Shown piece by piece: positions 24,600 through 39,449 of a stretch of DNA of 64,000 bases. The notes beneath the pieces are model-generated. The model ran no database searches. It was not told the DNA's origin and saw only the letters and a program-made list of their open reading frames with translations. Origin of the DNA: the human T2T-CHM13v2.0 reference genome, Homo sapiens; the NCBI RefSeq assembly GCF_009914755.1, contig NC_060927.1. One strand, written 5' to 3'. Made by a program: the position numbers and the translations under genes. How positions within the stretch are numbered: the first letter of the stretch is position 1; each line of letters starts with the position of its first letter.

Positions 24600-25890
24600 A
24601 CAATCCAACTTTGACCTCTATTGAAACTGCTATTGTGGAGATCAGTGACCATTAATTTACTAAATCTATTAATCTATTCTCAGTTCTCTTCTTAAATAGC
24701 CTACCAATAATATTTGACACAGTTAATCACTCTCCACTCTTATAAACACATTTTTCACTTGGATTCCAAAACAGCATATCAGTTTTGTTTTCCATTTACC
24801 TTTATCTCTCACTAATATCTCTTCCCATCTTGTTTCTTGGTTCTTATTTTGCTCCCTAATCTCTTAGCATTGAAGTGCTCATAGCTCAGTTTTAGCGTTT
24901 CTTCTCTGTTGACACATACTATTTTGTTCACATTATTTAAAGCTTATGATGCCCAAAGTTTTATATCCATCCTAGACCACTAGTCTCAAATCCTGGCTTG
25001 TATATTCAACTTCCAATTCAATGTCTCCACTGAGTATTAAAATATGTCTCAAATTTCATCTCAAGTTTAATTTTCAAATTGAATTGCTGATCTTCATTTC
25101 CAAACCCGTTTTACCTGTAGTTTTTCACATCTCTCTTAAAATCAATTCTGTCCTTCTAGCTGCTCAGGCTGAAAAGTCAAAGACTCATCATTGATTCGTC
25201 TCATTCTCTCACACACCTCATCCAGTCTGTCAAGAAATCCTGTGGGTTTTATATTCAGTATGTATTCATTTTCTGATCCCTTGTCAGCACCTCACTGCTA
25301 TCACTTTGGGTCAAACCATATCATCTCTTCTCTGGATTATTGCAATGCCTCTTAAGTGGTCTCCCTGCTTCTATCCTTTCCCCCATCTGGAATCTGTTCT
25401 CAACATAGCAGCAAAAGTAATCTTTTACAAACATTTATCATATTATGCTCTCATCTGCTCAAGTTCTTCAATGTTTTCTTTTCTCACTCAAAATGAATGA
25501 CAAAATCCTTACAATAGACTACAAAGTCCTACATTATTCAGCCCCCTCATATTTTTCTAACCTTATCTCATTCTACCTATTCTCTTAATCTGTTTTCCTG
25601 GAATCTTCCTGTGTACATCTGCATGACTCACTCCTTCCTCTATTTTAAAACTTTACTTACGTTCTCAATGAGGACAACCTTACCTGATTTACAGGTGCAA
25701 TCATTTTGGTACACTTTTAGTTCATTCTTCTGCAAACATCTGATCACCTTCCAACACACATACATTATTTAAATATCGGTTAGGTTTATTGCCTGACAAC
25801 AACTATAAGGGCAGGGATTATTATCTGCTTAAGACTACAATGTTGAACAGACGTAGTTACTCAAAAATAGGTATAGAATCAATGAATAAA
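24600..25890 (+). mobile_element. L2 (L2a-like) 3' ~1.3 kb
   Basis: Pyrimidine-rich L2 ORF2/3' motifs (TATTGAAACTGCT, ATTTGACACAGTTAATCACTC, TGCTCAGGCTGAAAA, TCTGTTCTCAACATAGCAGC) and tail TACTCAAAAATA...AATGAATAAAT. Confidence 0.8.
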
Positions 25891-26396
25891 TTAAAACAAG
25901 TGAAGGGTCTATGGAGGGCTGACCACACCTAATAGAGCAACACTGACTTCAGGAGGAAACACATATAGCAACTTCAAATGTAGTGTCCCATAAAAATTCT
26001 AATTTGCGCCATTAAATCCAACAAGTAGTGGGAATCGAGTAGAAGTATTCTTTGCTATTTATGACGTTTCACTGCATGCAGTCTACTTTCCATTATTCAC
26101 ACATTAGTTTTATAATTCATTTTCCTTCTTGGTACAAATGTTGCCTAACATCAATTTCCTCTGTATTCCAGTTTATCTCTAACTCCTACTCTAATATTTT
26201 ACTTAGTTCAATTTTCTAAATGTAAACTTACTTTGTGCAGCCTATCTCAGTCTCTGCTTGGTGTTTTGTCCCTTACTTTCTATTTACTTCTGATTGCTTC
26301 TAGAATGAATAAGGCCTTCCTTAACTTTGTATGACTCTATTTAGTATCTTTACACATTAAAACCTGTGTAATCTACTGAGAAAATCATGGAACTGA

Positions 26397-26935
<539 letters not shown>

Positions 26936-27741
26936 AATCCATATATCCAAACTCACACTCCAGTGCTTTTTCCATTACATAGGCATTCTTCCCTCATGTT
27001 TTAGGAATATACTATTTGCTGTCTCTTCACCCTTAGGCATTTAATAATCATTTATTCCTCACACTTCACTTCAAAATCTATTTTATATACAATGCATTCA
27101 TTATGCATGCTGAAATTGCAGCCAAAGTAGGAAAACATCCAAATATCTGTCAATAAAAATATGTGAATATTTGCTAGTGTTAGAAACAGTCACTCTTCCA
27201 CAGATGACTTTTTTTTCTTTTAAATTAAGGTTACTGGCCAACCCAAACATGATCTCACCCATAGCTTTAGTTTTTGTTTTTTTTTTTAAATTTTTTTGTA
27301 ATTGTCTTTCCTTGAGTTAAATTAACAATCCAGTTAGCAGCAGATATAACACAGGCATTCAAATCAATATAATATTTATATCCCCTAAATTTAGATTATT
27401 TCCCAATAAAGAAACATGTTTTTTCTCCATTTGACCTCAAAGGAAAAAGAGAAAGCCTCAAAGCTCAGAATATTTATACTGCTCTTATTGAAAGTGAAAT
27501 AATATCTGAATGTGAGCCAAAGCCACATTTTTTTTTTCATCTAGAATAGGGAAAAGAAGCTTTCTGGATGTCTTTTAATCCTGTTTCTGGGAAAGGAGTA
27601 GCTGATTGTCACTTTGACAATTCTGAATCTGATTCTGTGAGGTGAAACAGAGAAGGGATAAAAACTACCTGTTATACATATCCTCCCACTCTACTGCTGC
27701 ATGATTAATACAAAACTAACATGATTTACTCATAGTGAAGC

Positions 27742-28241
27742 TGTTACTGAAACCCCAGGGGTTCCATCTAGGTCCTGCTGCTCACCATACAGAAAGCAGA
27801 TAACTGAGACAGTAAGTACCGCTAAGGAAGAAGGCTTTAATTGGGTGCTACAGCCAAGGAGATGGGAGATCAGTCTCAAATCCATCTCTCTGACTGACTA
27901 AAATTAGAGGTTTATACAGTAAGGAAGAAATGTCACCATGTATGGGAAAACGGGAATTAAAGAAGAGTAAGCAAGAGGAGTTGGTCAACAGGAAGCAGGT
28001 GGTCAGTTAGGCAATCGTGATGGGTGAGGGGTCTGACATCTCATTGTCCAGATACAGTGATCTGGTCAGTTTTAGCCCCCAATACTATCCTGGAAGCCTG
28101 AGGGTTGGTTTCCTGACAAAGGAACTCAGGTAAGACAAATGTAGGTAAGACAAATGTAACCTTCTCAAGTTTTAAGACTAGGAGAATCAATTTCCATGTT
28201 TATTCAAATAAACATCAGCTCTATGGAACAATTGAGTTTCA
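27742..28241 (-). mobile_element. ERV1-class solo LTR (subfamily uncertain; LTR45/MER66-like group)
   Basis: 500 bp with TG...CA ends and a perfect 4 bp TSD AAGC. TATA-like (TATAAA) and ATTAAA signals on the minus strand. Internal 15 bp tandem duplication AGGTAAGACAAATGT at 28128-28157. Confidence 0.85.
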
Positions 28242-29890
28242 AAGCTAATCAAATCTAGAATTTACAAAAGTCTTGAAAACTCTGTGATTTCTCTAAATGT
28301 GTCCTCTAAAGTCAAACCCCCAACTGCAACTTTTGATTTTAAAATTAGAAATTATATTTTGATTGTCCACATGGCAGCTCAACTAATTTAGCATGCTGAT
28401 TTTTAAAAAACTAATCAATCTATATATGTTGTTGTCTAATCATGTGTTTAGCTTTCTACTTGACCCGGGAAACTAAAATATATGAAGTCTACTTGCAAAG
28501 AAGGGCAATCAATATAGCTCACAGGGAAAGAACAGTTAGAAATCATTCTATTAAAGAAAAAAAATCACTAGATAAATGGGGAATACATACATTAGGAAGG
28601 AGAAAAGGCAAAGGCAACTGGCAACAAGAATGAGGATAGATAAATTGCATTGTTTTAATCAAATAAGTAACATGAAAGTGATATTTCAGGAAGATGAAAT
28701 TAATAATCTGATCCAGAGAAAGAATGAAATTTGCTGACAGAAAAAAATTCTTTCGAATAAGAAATTAAAGTTTGGATTTATAGTAGTAGAAATGAGATTT
28801 TATTTGAAGGAAAAAATCTATAGAATATGGAAAAGAGCTTGATGAGGAATATAAAAAATAAATACAAGTCAGTAAGAATCTAAGATAAACTTTTACACAA
28901 GAGAGCCTATGGGTCCAAACCTAGGAAAAGAGCTCATGAGTTTGGGTTAAGAAAAGGACTGGAATAAGACAGCCAATGTAGCTACAAAGATGATCTGGAA
29001 GGTGGCACCCAAGGACAAAGCCAGAGAACAGAGTAGGATGCACCATAAAACTGGAACATCAATCAAAAGAAATTCAGGCTTCAGATTGGCATCATTTTTT
29101 CTGATACTTGATTATGATTCTTATTTTAAAGCATTCTGTTTGTGGCTAAAAATGAACATTTATCTTATGCCTCAGTAAGTTAGAAAAGAATAGGGGAAAA
29201 AGTAGAAATAAGAATATAATAAAAAAGAATAAATTAAAATATGAAATAAATGTGGAATTAAAAAAGCCAAAATTAGCTTTATATCTGTTTAAGATACAAA
29301 GGAGTAAGTCACTGAAAAGAAAAATAAAAAATGGGGCATTTCATAGATTTTAAAGCAGTATATTGATAGCATAATATTATAAACATCTTGATAATAAATT
29401 TAAAAAATATAGTAAGATGAACATTTTCTGGAAATAAACACATTTCTGCTAAAATTGAACAAAGAATAGAAAATCTGAATAATTATATATCTAATACAGA
29501 AATTATATTTGTTTAAAAAATGCATTGGTTACCTCTGAAAAAATTAAGAGAAATATCAGTAATCTTCTGCAAAATATTCTAGTTATAAAAAAAGAGGAAA
29601 CAGTTTCCAAACCATTATATGAAACCAGTATATAATTGATAGCAAAATTTTACAAGTTATAAAAAGAAATAAATATTTTCATGATGAGATAAAAACTTTT
29701 TAAAGTAACATATTAACTACCATCAAGTTACCAAAAGGATAATGTATCTCAAATGAGGTGTTTCTCTTTTCAAAATGACACTTTGTTTTAATAGAAAAAA
29801 AAGTCTATGTAATCCACTACATAAATTAAAAAAAAAAACAGAAAAAATTATATGATCATCTCATTAGACAAATAATAAGCACTTGAGAAA

Positions 29891-30427
29891 TTTAAGGCAA
29901 ACTTCCAAAATGATTCTTACCCCTCTATAATCTCTTCCTCTAGAATGTGGACTGAACTTATGAATATAATGTGATACCACCCCAATGATTTAGTTACCTT
30001 AATTGACACTAAAATACAGAGATTAGGTGGGCCTTACCAAATCACATGAACCTTTTAAATCTGGGTTTAGAGGTCGGAGACTGGGGAAGTGAGAGATTCA
30101 GAATACGAGGATTTGACATCCCAGCTTGAAGACAGAGGAAACAACATGGCAAGGAACACAGAGAGCCTCTAGAAGCCAAGACTGGCCCCCCAGCTGCCAG
30201 CCAACAACAAACTGTATTCTGACAATGACAAGAATAAGTTTCAAAGCACAAATTTTCCCAGAGCCTCCAGAGGACAATTCATCCCAGTCAACACCTTGAT
30301 TTCAATCTTATGGTACCCTGAGCAGAAAACCCTGCCACTTCTGACCTACAGCACCATAAGCTTATAAATGTGTATTGTTTTAACCTACTAAGTTTGTGCT
30401 AATTTGCAGCAATAAAATACTAATACA
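29891..30427 (+). mobile_element. MLT1E-like solo LTR
   Basis: AATCACATGAACCTTTTAAATCTGGG, GAGCCTCTAGAAGC, CAACACCTTGATTTCA, terminal GCAGCAATAAAATACTAATACA. Confidence 0.8.
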
Positions 30428-31336
30428 AATATCCAGAAATAGGTAAACAATATCTATAAAAATCTATAGCAAACATCATCCTAATGATGATTAATTAAAG
30501 GTGTTTGTCCTGAAATTATTAATGAGACAGGAATGTTGTTACTACATTGCACTGGAGTCCTAGTGTCAGTCTAACAATCTAGAAAAACAACTGAGATGTA
30601 TAAGAAATGGAAAGAAAAAATTAAACTGTCATTTTTGCAGAGGACATAATTGTATATGTAGAATATCCAGAATAATTAACACAGAAATTATTAGGGTTAA
30701 TAATTAAACTTAAATAGCAGCTAGAGAAAAGATCAGCATGTGAAATTCTATATGCAAGCAAAAAGTGGATAATAAAAATTTTACCCTGAAATTTTCTTAA
30801 AAGCATAAAAATTTTAAACAACTGGGAATAAATGTTTTGTTTTTTTTTTTTAATTTTCAGAGAACTTATAAAAGACAAATAAAGGGTGATATGGTCAAGG
30901 ATTATTAGAAGAGTCAATATTTCTGATATTCTCCAAATTAATCTATATATTCATTTCAATTAATCACAATAGAAAACTTAGTACATTTGTGGTGTGTTTG
31001 TGTATGTAAATTGACAAGTTGAGTCTACACACATACACAGACACACAAACACAAGGGGCAAAAATACCTAAGAAAATGCCAAAAAGGCATAAAGTAGGAG
31101 GATTTAACAAGATATAATGAAGTTAGGCAAATGGACCAACGCAAGAAAGAGTCTCCAGAAACAAACTCAAACATACAGAAACTTTTGATTTATGAATAAG
31201 ATAGTACTGCTGAGCAAAGTAGTGGAAAAGAAAAGTCTTATCAATAAGTAATGTTGATTTACTTGATATCCACAGGGGTAAAAACAGCAACACTTCACAT
31301 CATTTGCAAAAATAAATTTTAAATGGACCTAAAATA

Positions 31337-31802
31337 TGTTATGAATTGAATTGTGTTCCCCATGAAATTTTTATGTTTAGATCTTAACCACCATTGCCCC
31401 AGAATTTGATCACCTTTGGAAATAGAATCATTACAGATATAATTAGTTAAGATGAGGTCATACTGGAGAAGGATGGGCTCCTGATGCAATGTAATTGGTG
31501 TCCTTAAAAGAGGATGAAATTTGGACACAGACCGGCACACAGGAAGAACACCATGTGAAGATGAGGGCAAAGATCAGGATGATGCTTCTCCATGTAAGGG
31601 AACGCCAAATATTGCCAGAAAACTACCAGAAGCTATGGGAGAGAGAGGCATGGAAAAGGTTCTTCCTAACAGCCCTCAGAAGGAACCAACCCTGATGACA
31701 CCTTGATCTTGGACTTCTAGAGTGCAGAACTTGAGACAATAAATATCTTTAAGCCACCCTGTTTGTGATACTTTGTTATAGCAGTCTTAGTAAATTAATG
31801 CA
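31337..31802 (+). mobile_element. MLT1C-like solo LTR
   Basis: TGTTATGAATTGAATTGTGTTCCCC...AGCCCTCAGAAGGAACCAACCCTG...TAATGCA; flanks AAATA/AAATC. Confidence 0.88.
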
Positions 31803-32769
31803 AAATCTAAATAGTACAAAATATAAGATACAGAAAAGTCTAAAAGATAACATAGAAGAAAATCATCACTTTTGCTTCAGGAAAAAAATTTTAAACAGGA
31901 CACGTATATCACTAACCAAAGAGAGCAACTAACAGATGAAAAAACTGGTAAGCTGAACAACATTAAGTATTTTCAGTAATAGTTAAGAGTAAAACATCAA
32001 GGAAAAAGTCTACAGTCGGGAAGTCTACATTTAAATACCTAAAAGTGAAAAAAAAAGATACACAAATATTTCCTAAATATCAGTTAGAAGCAGATAAATG
32101 CACAACAGAAAAATAAGAGATTTTAATAAGTACCTTAAATAAAACAATTTCAAAATGGCCAAAGAAAGTTTTTAAAAGAGCTCAACATCATTAGTCACAG
32201 TGGAAATTCTTGTGAAAGGCATAATGAGATATTAGTGCACATTGACAAAAATGACTAAATGTAAAAAAAAAAAAGTCTTGTTTTTGGTGAATATTTAGCA
32301 CTGTATCTCTCATACACTGATAGTAAGGGTGCAATTTCATAGAAACATTACCTCCTAATTTAATTTACATGTGCCCTGTGATCCAGTAATTCTCCCCCTA
32401 AAAATATATGTGTAAGTGCTCCAAGAAAACATGTGCTATAATGCTAATAGTTGTGTTATCCATAATAACCAAAATCTGGTAGCAATTTAAATGTCTACCA
32501 ATAATTAAATGTAAATGTATTGTTATGTAGTCATACCAAAATGCTATGCAGCAATGAAATTTAGCAAACTACATTTAACAATACGGGTGAATCTCAGACC
32601 AAAATTTTGAGCAAACAAATCGGATCTCTTATAAACCTACTATTTGATTCCATTTGTATACATTTCTAAAGAGCATATAAGTAATATACAGTGAATTAAT
32701 TCAGAAAATCGTACTGTTTCTTTCTCAAATATCATATTGAGACCTTGGGTGGTCCGTAGCTGGCTTAAA

Positions 32770-32914
32770 ATTATGAGAGAAAACACTAGAAAAGTGATTT
32801 TTTTATATTGTGTGTTTGTGTATATATATATATATATATATATGTGGTGTATACACACATATATATATATATACACAAACACACAATATAAACAATCACT
32901 TCTAGTTTCATAAT
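32770..32914. repeat. AT-rich palindrome around a (TA)n microsatellite
   Basis: Left arm ACTAGAAAAGTGATTTTTTTATATTGTGTGTTTGTG(TA)n is nearly the reverse complement of right arm (TA)nCACAAACACACAATATAAACAATCACTTCTAGT. Confidence 0.92.
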
Positions 32915-33454
32915 CACAGTGTGTGTATTTGCGTTTGCTCAACCTGTGGGATGAGAGTAGTTCACAAACCAAGAACTAGGGCTGAAGTTGTTGCTGTTGT
33001 TGCAATTGCTGTCCACCCAGAAATGATCCAGATTCCAGGGCTATCCGAATGTTCCTCTGTCCTGAGGTCACCATAGATTAGTACTGCTTCTATTTTGCTC
33101 CATTGGAAAAAAGTTTGGTAACAGTCTCTCCAAGATCAATAAGGAAATTTTTTTTTTCAATTAAAAAGTTCTTCCTTTTACTTATGCCCTCGACTGGACC
33201 TTGTACATCTCCTACTCCTGTCATCTAAACGTATCCCTCCAACCCCTAAAATTCCTATGATGACAAACCTTGGCACCTTATGTCTCCACAAGGGTTTCTC
33301 CCAGATTTTGTGCCAATTATCAACCACCACTCTAGATTTATCTATTCTCTATAAAGCCCATGGCATCTCCCGATTTGGATTCTAACTTTTCCAGAACCAG
33401 TGTTTCTTAGGATATTTTATAGTTTCATATCCATAACGTTAAAAAGTAATTTTA

Positions 33455-33575
33455 TATATGTGTCTCCTCATTATACTGTGAAACTAGGAATAGAATTTAA
33501 TGATTTTGCATGCCCTACATCTAGTACTATGCCTGAACATATTTAGGAACTTAATAAATATATATTGAATGCATA
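33455..33575 (+). mobile_element. L2 3'-end fragment
   Basis: CATCTAGTACTATGCCTGAACATATTTAGGAACTTAATAAATATATTGAATG. Confidence 0.65.
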
Positions 33576-34350
33576 ATCTTTGCATGTTTTATGAGAAAAA
33601 TATTGCTAAACCCAAAAAAGTACAAATTAAAGACATACATTTAATAGGTTGATTGACATTTCTTAATATCTTAACTTCTATAAAAGGAGAACACCTTCAC
33701 ATGAAGAAGCCAGATTAATTTCTACTTCAAGTCACTTGGACTTCCCTTGAGCTTTTTCAGATTATTAACATAGCCTATAGAAATGTCTGGTTAGAAAAAT
33801 TATTCATAAGTTATTGTTCCCTCTTTTTTAAAAAAATCAAGTAGGAAATTGTGTGGAATCCTCTGTCTTTAGGGCTTGTTTAACAACAAATAATAATATT
33901 TAATAAAAATCTCTGGGAAACTTGTGCATCCTATAGGAAATGATTAAAATTATCTAATTAATAGGGAAAGGTAGTAGAAATTGCAATAATGAAAACAAAG
34001 CAAGGAGAATGGATAATGTGTTATATGTATTATGTTCATTGACAAAATGCTTTAAAAAATGAGGAAAATGTATTTTTTAATGCTCAAGATATAGGATTTG
34101 GCAAAAAAAAAAAGAAAAAGAAAGATCAAGTCAGCACAATGTTCACAAAATGATATCAATAGATCTAAAATCATTCTATATATTTGTGTATATACATTCA
34201 AAGGCATTGAACAAATCCAGGAAAAAATACTCCAAAGGCTGAACAAAGCATACTGGGAAGGAATGGTATTTGACAGTAGGGTTGTGAGAATATTGCCTTA
34301 AATATGTATTTTCTGTTTGTTTGTTTGTTTGTTTTGGTTAAGTATATCTA

Positions 34351-34352
<2 letters not shown>

Positions 34353-34383
<31 letters not shown>
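34353..34383. repeat. (TG)n microsatellite
   Basis: Read directly. Confidence 0.97.
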
Positions 34384-34386
<3 letters not shown>

Positions 34387-37300
34387 ACATAGAACTTTCA
34401 AGTTATTTAGAGTTACAGAAAGTGAAGAGGCAGAGAAAATTGATAATGGGCACACTGAAATGTGGAGAACTGCCGATGTCTAGCTTCCTTAATCCCTTCT
34501 TGCTATCCAGAGTTGGAAACCTATGCCAAGTAACATTTTTGGACAGGAAATGGTCATTATTTTATAGCCACAATACCAATCACCACATCAACACTGTCTT
34601 CTTCCTAAAGTGATTGAAAAAGTTCCTTTACACTATTTCTTGCCAAGAAATGGAATCTTCTACTATATTTAGAATTGTTTTAAAATAAGAATAGAAAAAA
34701 GGAACAAGGTGGCAAGTTGGCAGTGTTTCTTCTACAACTAAGTAAAGAAAAAAGCTCACAACTCTGGAACTAAAGGGAATCCTGCTCTTGCTTCTTTCCC
34801 AGGCTCAGCTCCCTCTGGGAAAATGGCCCTTTGGGAGAAACCCTAAGTGGCAGCCACCCAAACTCTCTCTCTGTAGACTAAAGGAATGGGCAAATTGCCC
34901 CAGTAGAGAGAAAAAAATGGCTTATAGAAGAAGTGTTCCCTCCCCCATTCAGCAAAAGCACCAGCCCTCAGGGAAATATTCCTTGTGGGCCAAATGCCAG
35001 GACAGAAGAACTAGAAACCCCTGCTTAAGATTCAATTGAAAGTAAGGTTCTATTCAAAGACATTGGAATGTAAAAAAAAAAAAATGAAAAGGAGTTTATT
35101 GGAATGTGAAGGAAAGGGGGAAAACATTGAGGCAGGCAGATACATAGAAATGACAGACAAGATCTGTTAAGACAGAGTTTATAAAAACTTTCTACAGTGA
35201 CTAATAATATTACATGGAGCTAAAGGCAATGAGAGAATTGTGATTCTTTACAGAGAGAAAAAAGATTCTTATTTTATGTTAGTGATGGTATTTCCTGGAC
35301 GTCTGCAACATTTTTTCTTCTTTCACATTCCAACAAGAGATTTTTCTTTTCAATTTGTTTTTCCTTTAGAGTCAGCTATATTTGGAAACAAACTATACTT
35401 TGATACATGATTTACTTATGTGATAGGACCTTGAGACACTCCTTATTTTCATGGACAGATTTGAATCATCTGGAAGAATCTAGAGGGAAGTAATTGGAAT
35501 AATTAAATAAATGACCTATGTATTTCACTCTCTCATTCTCCCACACCACCTCCAGTGACCAAGTCACAGCCCTTTAAAAGAAAAGAGGAATTCTATGAGA
35601 ATAACATGAAATGTGTAGCAGCTTACTGACGGAAATTGATAGGGGTGAGGTTCTTTAGAAATGAATCTTTGAGAAGGCAAAGTGTTTACTGTGGTACCCT
35701 TTCTGGTCTAATGACGCCCAGTTTGCTTTCAGTTATTATAGCTCTATTGCAAAATATCCTTACAGCAAAAGAAAGAGGCTAGGAAGGGAGGTGAAGTTGG
35801 AGTGAATGTCTGATTGCCAATGGGAGCTTATATCATCAAAAAAAATCTTCCTGGCCTCTTCACTTGAAAGATAAAGGAAAGCGTGCATTGCATTTGAACT
35901 CTCCAGTCTGGTACTAGGTTGTGTCTTCTGACTTCAAATAATTAGCTCATTCCTTTTATCTGACCACACACGAAGTCTCTGAGCCAGATAAGAAATCATT
36001 TTATGGGAAAAAGGGAGTTTCCCAAGGTGTTTATAGCATAAAGCGTATAAGAATAACGTATAGAAGTATGGGAAAAATAAGAGACTTGGAACTTACTATT
36101 TATTTTTCTTCTCAGAATCTCAAGTTATTTCTCTATCCTTAATAAGATTGTGATGCTGAACCTACTCAAAGAGAACAGAAAAAGAAAAATTAATACCCTC
36201 AGATAAATAACAAATTGATTGCAAAATTAATATATGATCCAGGGAGTGTTAGGCACTATGTCATTGCACAAGTTCAAAATCGGCCCTTTATTATTATTCT
36301 CTAATGATTTCATACAGAAAAGCTTATGGTAATATGTAAAGTTCTGCTGCAATACTGGAAGGCATTATCTATTTGTTTTTAATTACCTTACGCAATATTA
36401 TTCCAGCTTTGTGCTCTGATGGCTTCTGTTCAAATGAGAATTTTTTTTTTTTTAGCAGATTGCCTTTGGGAGTTACAGCAATAGTGAGAAACGGTACACA
36501 GATAACAATACTCAGAGTGATAAGAGCTTAAAGTACAGTAATTATAATTAGCAAAGAGATAATGACATTTGAAAAAAAAGATGAACAAAAAAACGGCAAG
36601 ACCATGTGAGCATGAATTTACCGAGTTTGTTGTGCCCAAATGTTCTTCCAATAATCTCTGTAAAACTATAGCTCTGGAGCTCTGCTTCTGAGATTCAAAT
36701 TATTTACAATTATGCAAAACTAACTCACTGGAAAAAGACATGTGCAGGGCAGAAAGATTATTTGCAGAAGCACCATGCTAACTAAAAGTTGAAAGGTCCA
36801 TATAAAGAGCCCTAAGGCCCTTAAAACCTGGTATTACGAATGGCTATTGTACACCAACCACTGTAAGTTCTATTTCAGCTTTAAAATATAAATACCATGG
36901 AAACTGTCATGGTTTCAGAATTTCTTCACAGAAGAGGCTTAAGAGCTGCAAATTGCCTGGAAAGGGGAATTGCATACGGCGATGAAAGATTTGGAAGCCC
37001 ACTGACTTCTCTTGTTTTGTATGATATAAATATACAAATATAGTTTTAGTATAGTGTTAGTAGGAAGTCTAAAACATATTTTGAAATACTATAAAAATAT
37101 TTCATACTTAATTTATTAAATGTGAAATAAAACAAGGATACAATTATAAGCATATTATATTTACTTCAGTGTGATAATCAAGATTTCTAGAATCAGAATA
37201 TATTTCTTTCTTTCCAATAGCTAATTATTTTAGTGACAAATAGTTTCCTCTCTGTCCATATTAGGTTATAAAATCAATTAATTTAAGGACTTACACAAGT

Positions 37301-38229
37301 AATTTTGCAGTTTTTATGTCAATTATTGTGGTCAGTATTCATATTATTTCCCTTTTACTTTATGTGAGTTGCCTTATGCAAATATACCTCCTAGCTATAA
37401 ATGATGTTAATATTAATTATCAACAAAATAAATTACAGTATTCAAGAAGAAGTGCCAAAAAGTCCACTTTTGAACTGAGTATGCTTATAAAATAGGTCAC
37501 CATTCTGGTGGCCTCAGATATGCAAGAAATCAACTCAACTGACAGAAATGACACTCTGTACTGCTGGAATCTTTAAGCTGGAAAGAAATCCAGTCTTGAA
37601 AGGTAGAGTCTACAGGTCATCACTAAAAGAAGGGTCAGAAAGGAGATCTCGGCTAGTGAGGGAAAGTGGTAAGGTCCTATCTTAAGATTAAAGATGATGG
37701 CTTCAGTCTACATCATCATTTGTCAGCTTAGAAGAAGGACAGAAAGAAACAAAGGAGTCCATCACCATAATAATGGTATAAGTATATGATATTCTAATAT
37801 TTGTTTATTTTATTATTAACCATTTCTCTGTTTACTTCAGTATTTGAAGTCTCAGTACTAAATAGTGATGTGTCTACTTTTAAGAGAAGAAAAAAATTAA
37901 ATATAAGAAGAAAATATGTTCTGGCACAGTTATGTTTAGTGAATAAAAGAAACAACTCCAATACAAGCATATGGAGGAGTAGCCATGAAAAATTCGAAAA
38001 GAGACCCGGGGTCATTCCTAGATGATGTTAAGTATGATTTGAGCTTTGCTATTGGGGTAGGACTATAAGTTATTCTATCCAGCCCCTTTTCAATTGGTAT
38101 ACCTTGAAAGAAAATCCAAATAAAATTAACTGTTCTTTTTCTTGTCTTCCTTTGGAAGTCTTTGCTTTTCTTAGACGTCTTGGCACTCGAAATGATTAAA
38201 AATATGCATTTATTGAGATTTAGCCTCTG

Positions 38230-38410
38230 TACATAGCTAGGTGATGATAATTTGATATTTCAATCTATCTCAGAGAAACATGGAAACATCAGAATTATTG
38301 CATTTACAGATAAAAAAATGGAAAAGTAGAACTGAGATATATCCAAGATTATACAATGTGATGAAACTTGGATTTACTTGTGTGGTTGCTGATTTTTAAG
38401 TCCATGATAT
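38230..38410 (-). mobile_element. MIR remnant
   Basis: CATTTACAGATAAAAAAATGGA...TCCAAGATTATACA core-like sequence. Confidence 0.5.
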
Positions 38411-39449
38411 CCCAATAGATCACCCCAAATTAAAGGTAAGTGTCATGGGAAAATTATTAAATCCAAGATATACAAGCTATAAGAGGTGAGACTTGTTTTA
38501 TTATTCAATTGTTTATTTGTTTGCTTATTCAAAGAAAAATTTATTGATTTATTTTTTGTCCATTTATTTCACAATATGTATTGTAGTATACCAGACATAT
38601 AGTTGAAATATAGAAAAATAAAATCTATATCTCTAGTTGAGATATAGAAAAATAAATATATAAACAGACATAAAAACAAAACATTTTAATTATGTGATTT
38701 CTGAAAGCATTTTTGGTATAGTTTTCCATGCTCAGCCAGTGAGAGATAAACATTCATTAGAATTATCAGTCTGTCAGAATTCTAAGCAAACCCAGAATGG
38801 GTCAGCAAAGAAAACATTGTTCCATTCTAAGGATTTTGCAGGTTCATGTAAGCACTATCTAAATAAAGCAAAGAAAACCCATTAAAGCATGCACACATTT
38901 GCACAAATTTTTAACACATGTACACCAGAGACATTCTTAACGCATACTGCATCTTCTAAGAATTCCTATTTTTTATTTTACTGACTATAATACACTGTGG
39001 CTTTATCAAGACAAGTTATTTAATTTGCGAAATGTTGTACAATGGGAAGAGAAGGAATAAATTTTAAAATCATGAAGATTCTTTAGTCTGTTTCTTCCTT
39101 TGAAGGCACATTATTCTTCAATAGGGTAAAAAATATCTCTCAGAATTTGTATTTTTTAAATCTCGTGAGCCTACATTTATGCCAACTCAGAGCCTATAAA
39201 AATTCTCTGAGCTAAAACATCTGGAAATTGACTATGTCATTCATAAGTTGAAATATGGCTTTATTTATTTTAAAATTGCTAGAAGATGGTTTTTCATATT
39301 TCTACACACTAAAAATACCTGACAAAAGTTTCTGCGGCCTTTGCAATGTGTATAAGTTGATTATAGTACTTTGTTGACAGATTGCTGGTTTCAAAGTCAG
39401 AATGACTAGCACATTGATTTTCTTGTGAGTGATTAAGTCACCCCACCTA

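Larger units (their letters stand above)
29140..32690 (+). mobile_element. Ancient L1M (L1ME-like) ORF2/3' remnant interrupted by two MLT LTRs
   Basis: ORF2-like remnants: AAAATTATATGATCATCTCATTAGA, AAACTGTCATTTTTGCAGAGGACATAATTGTATATGTAGAA (RT YADD region), GCTCAACATCATTAGTCA, GGGTGAATCTCAGA. Confidence 0.78.
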
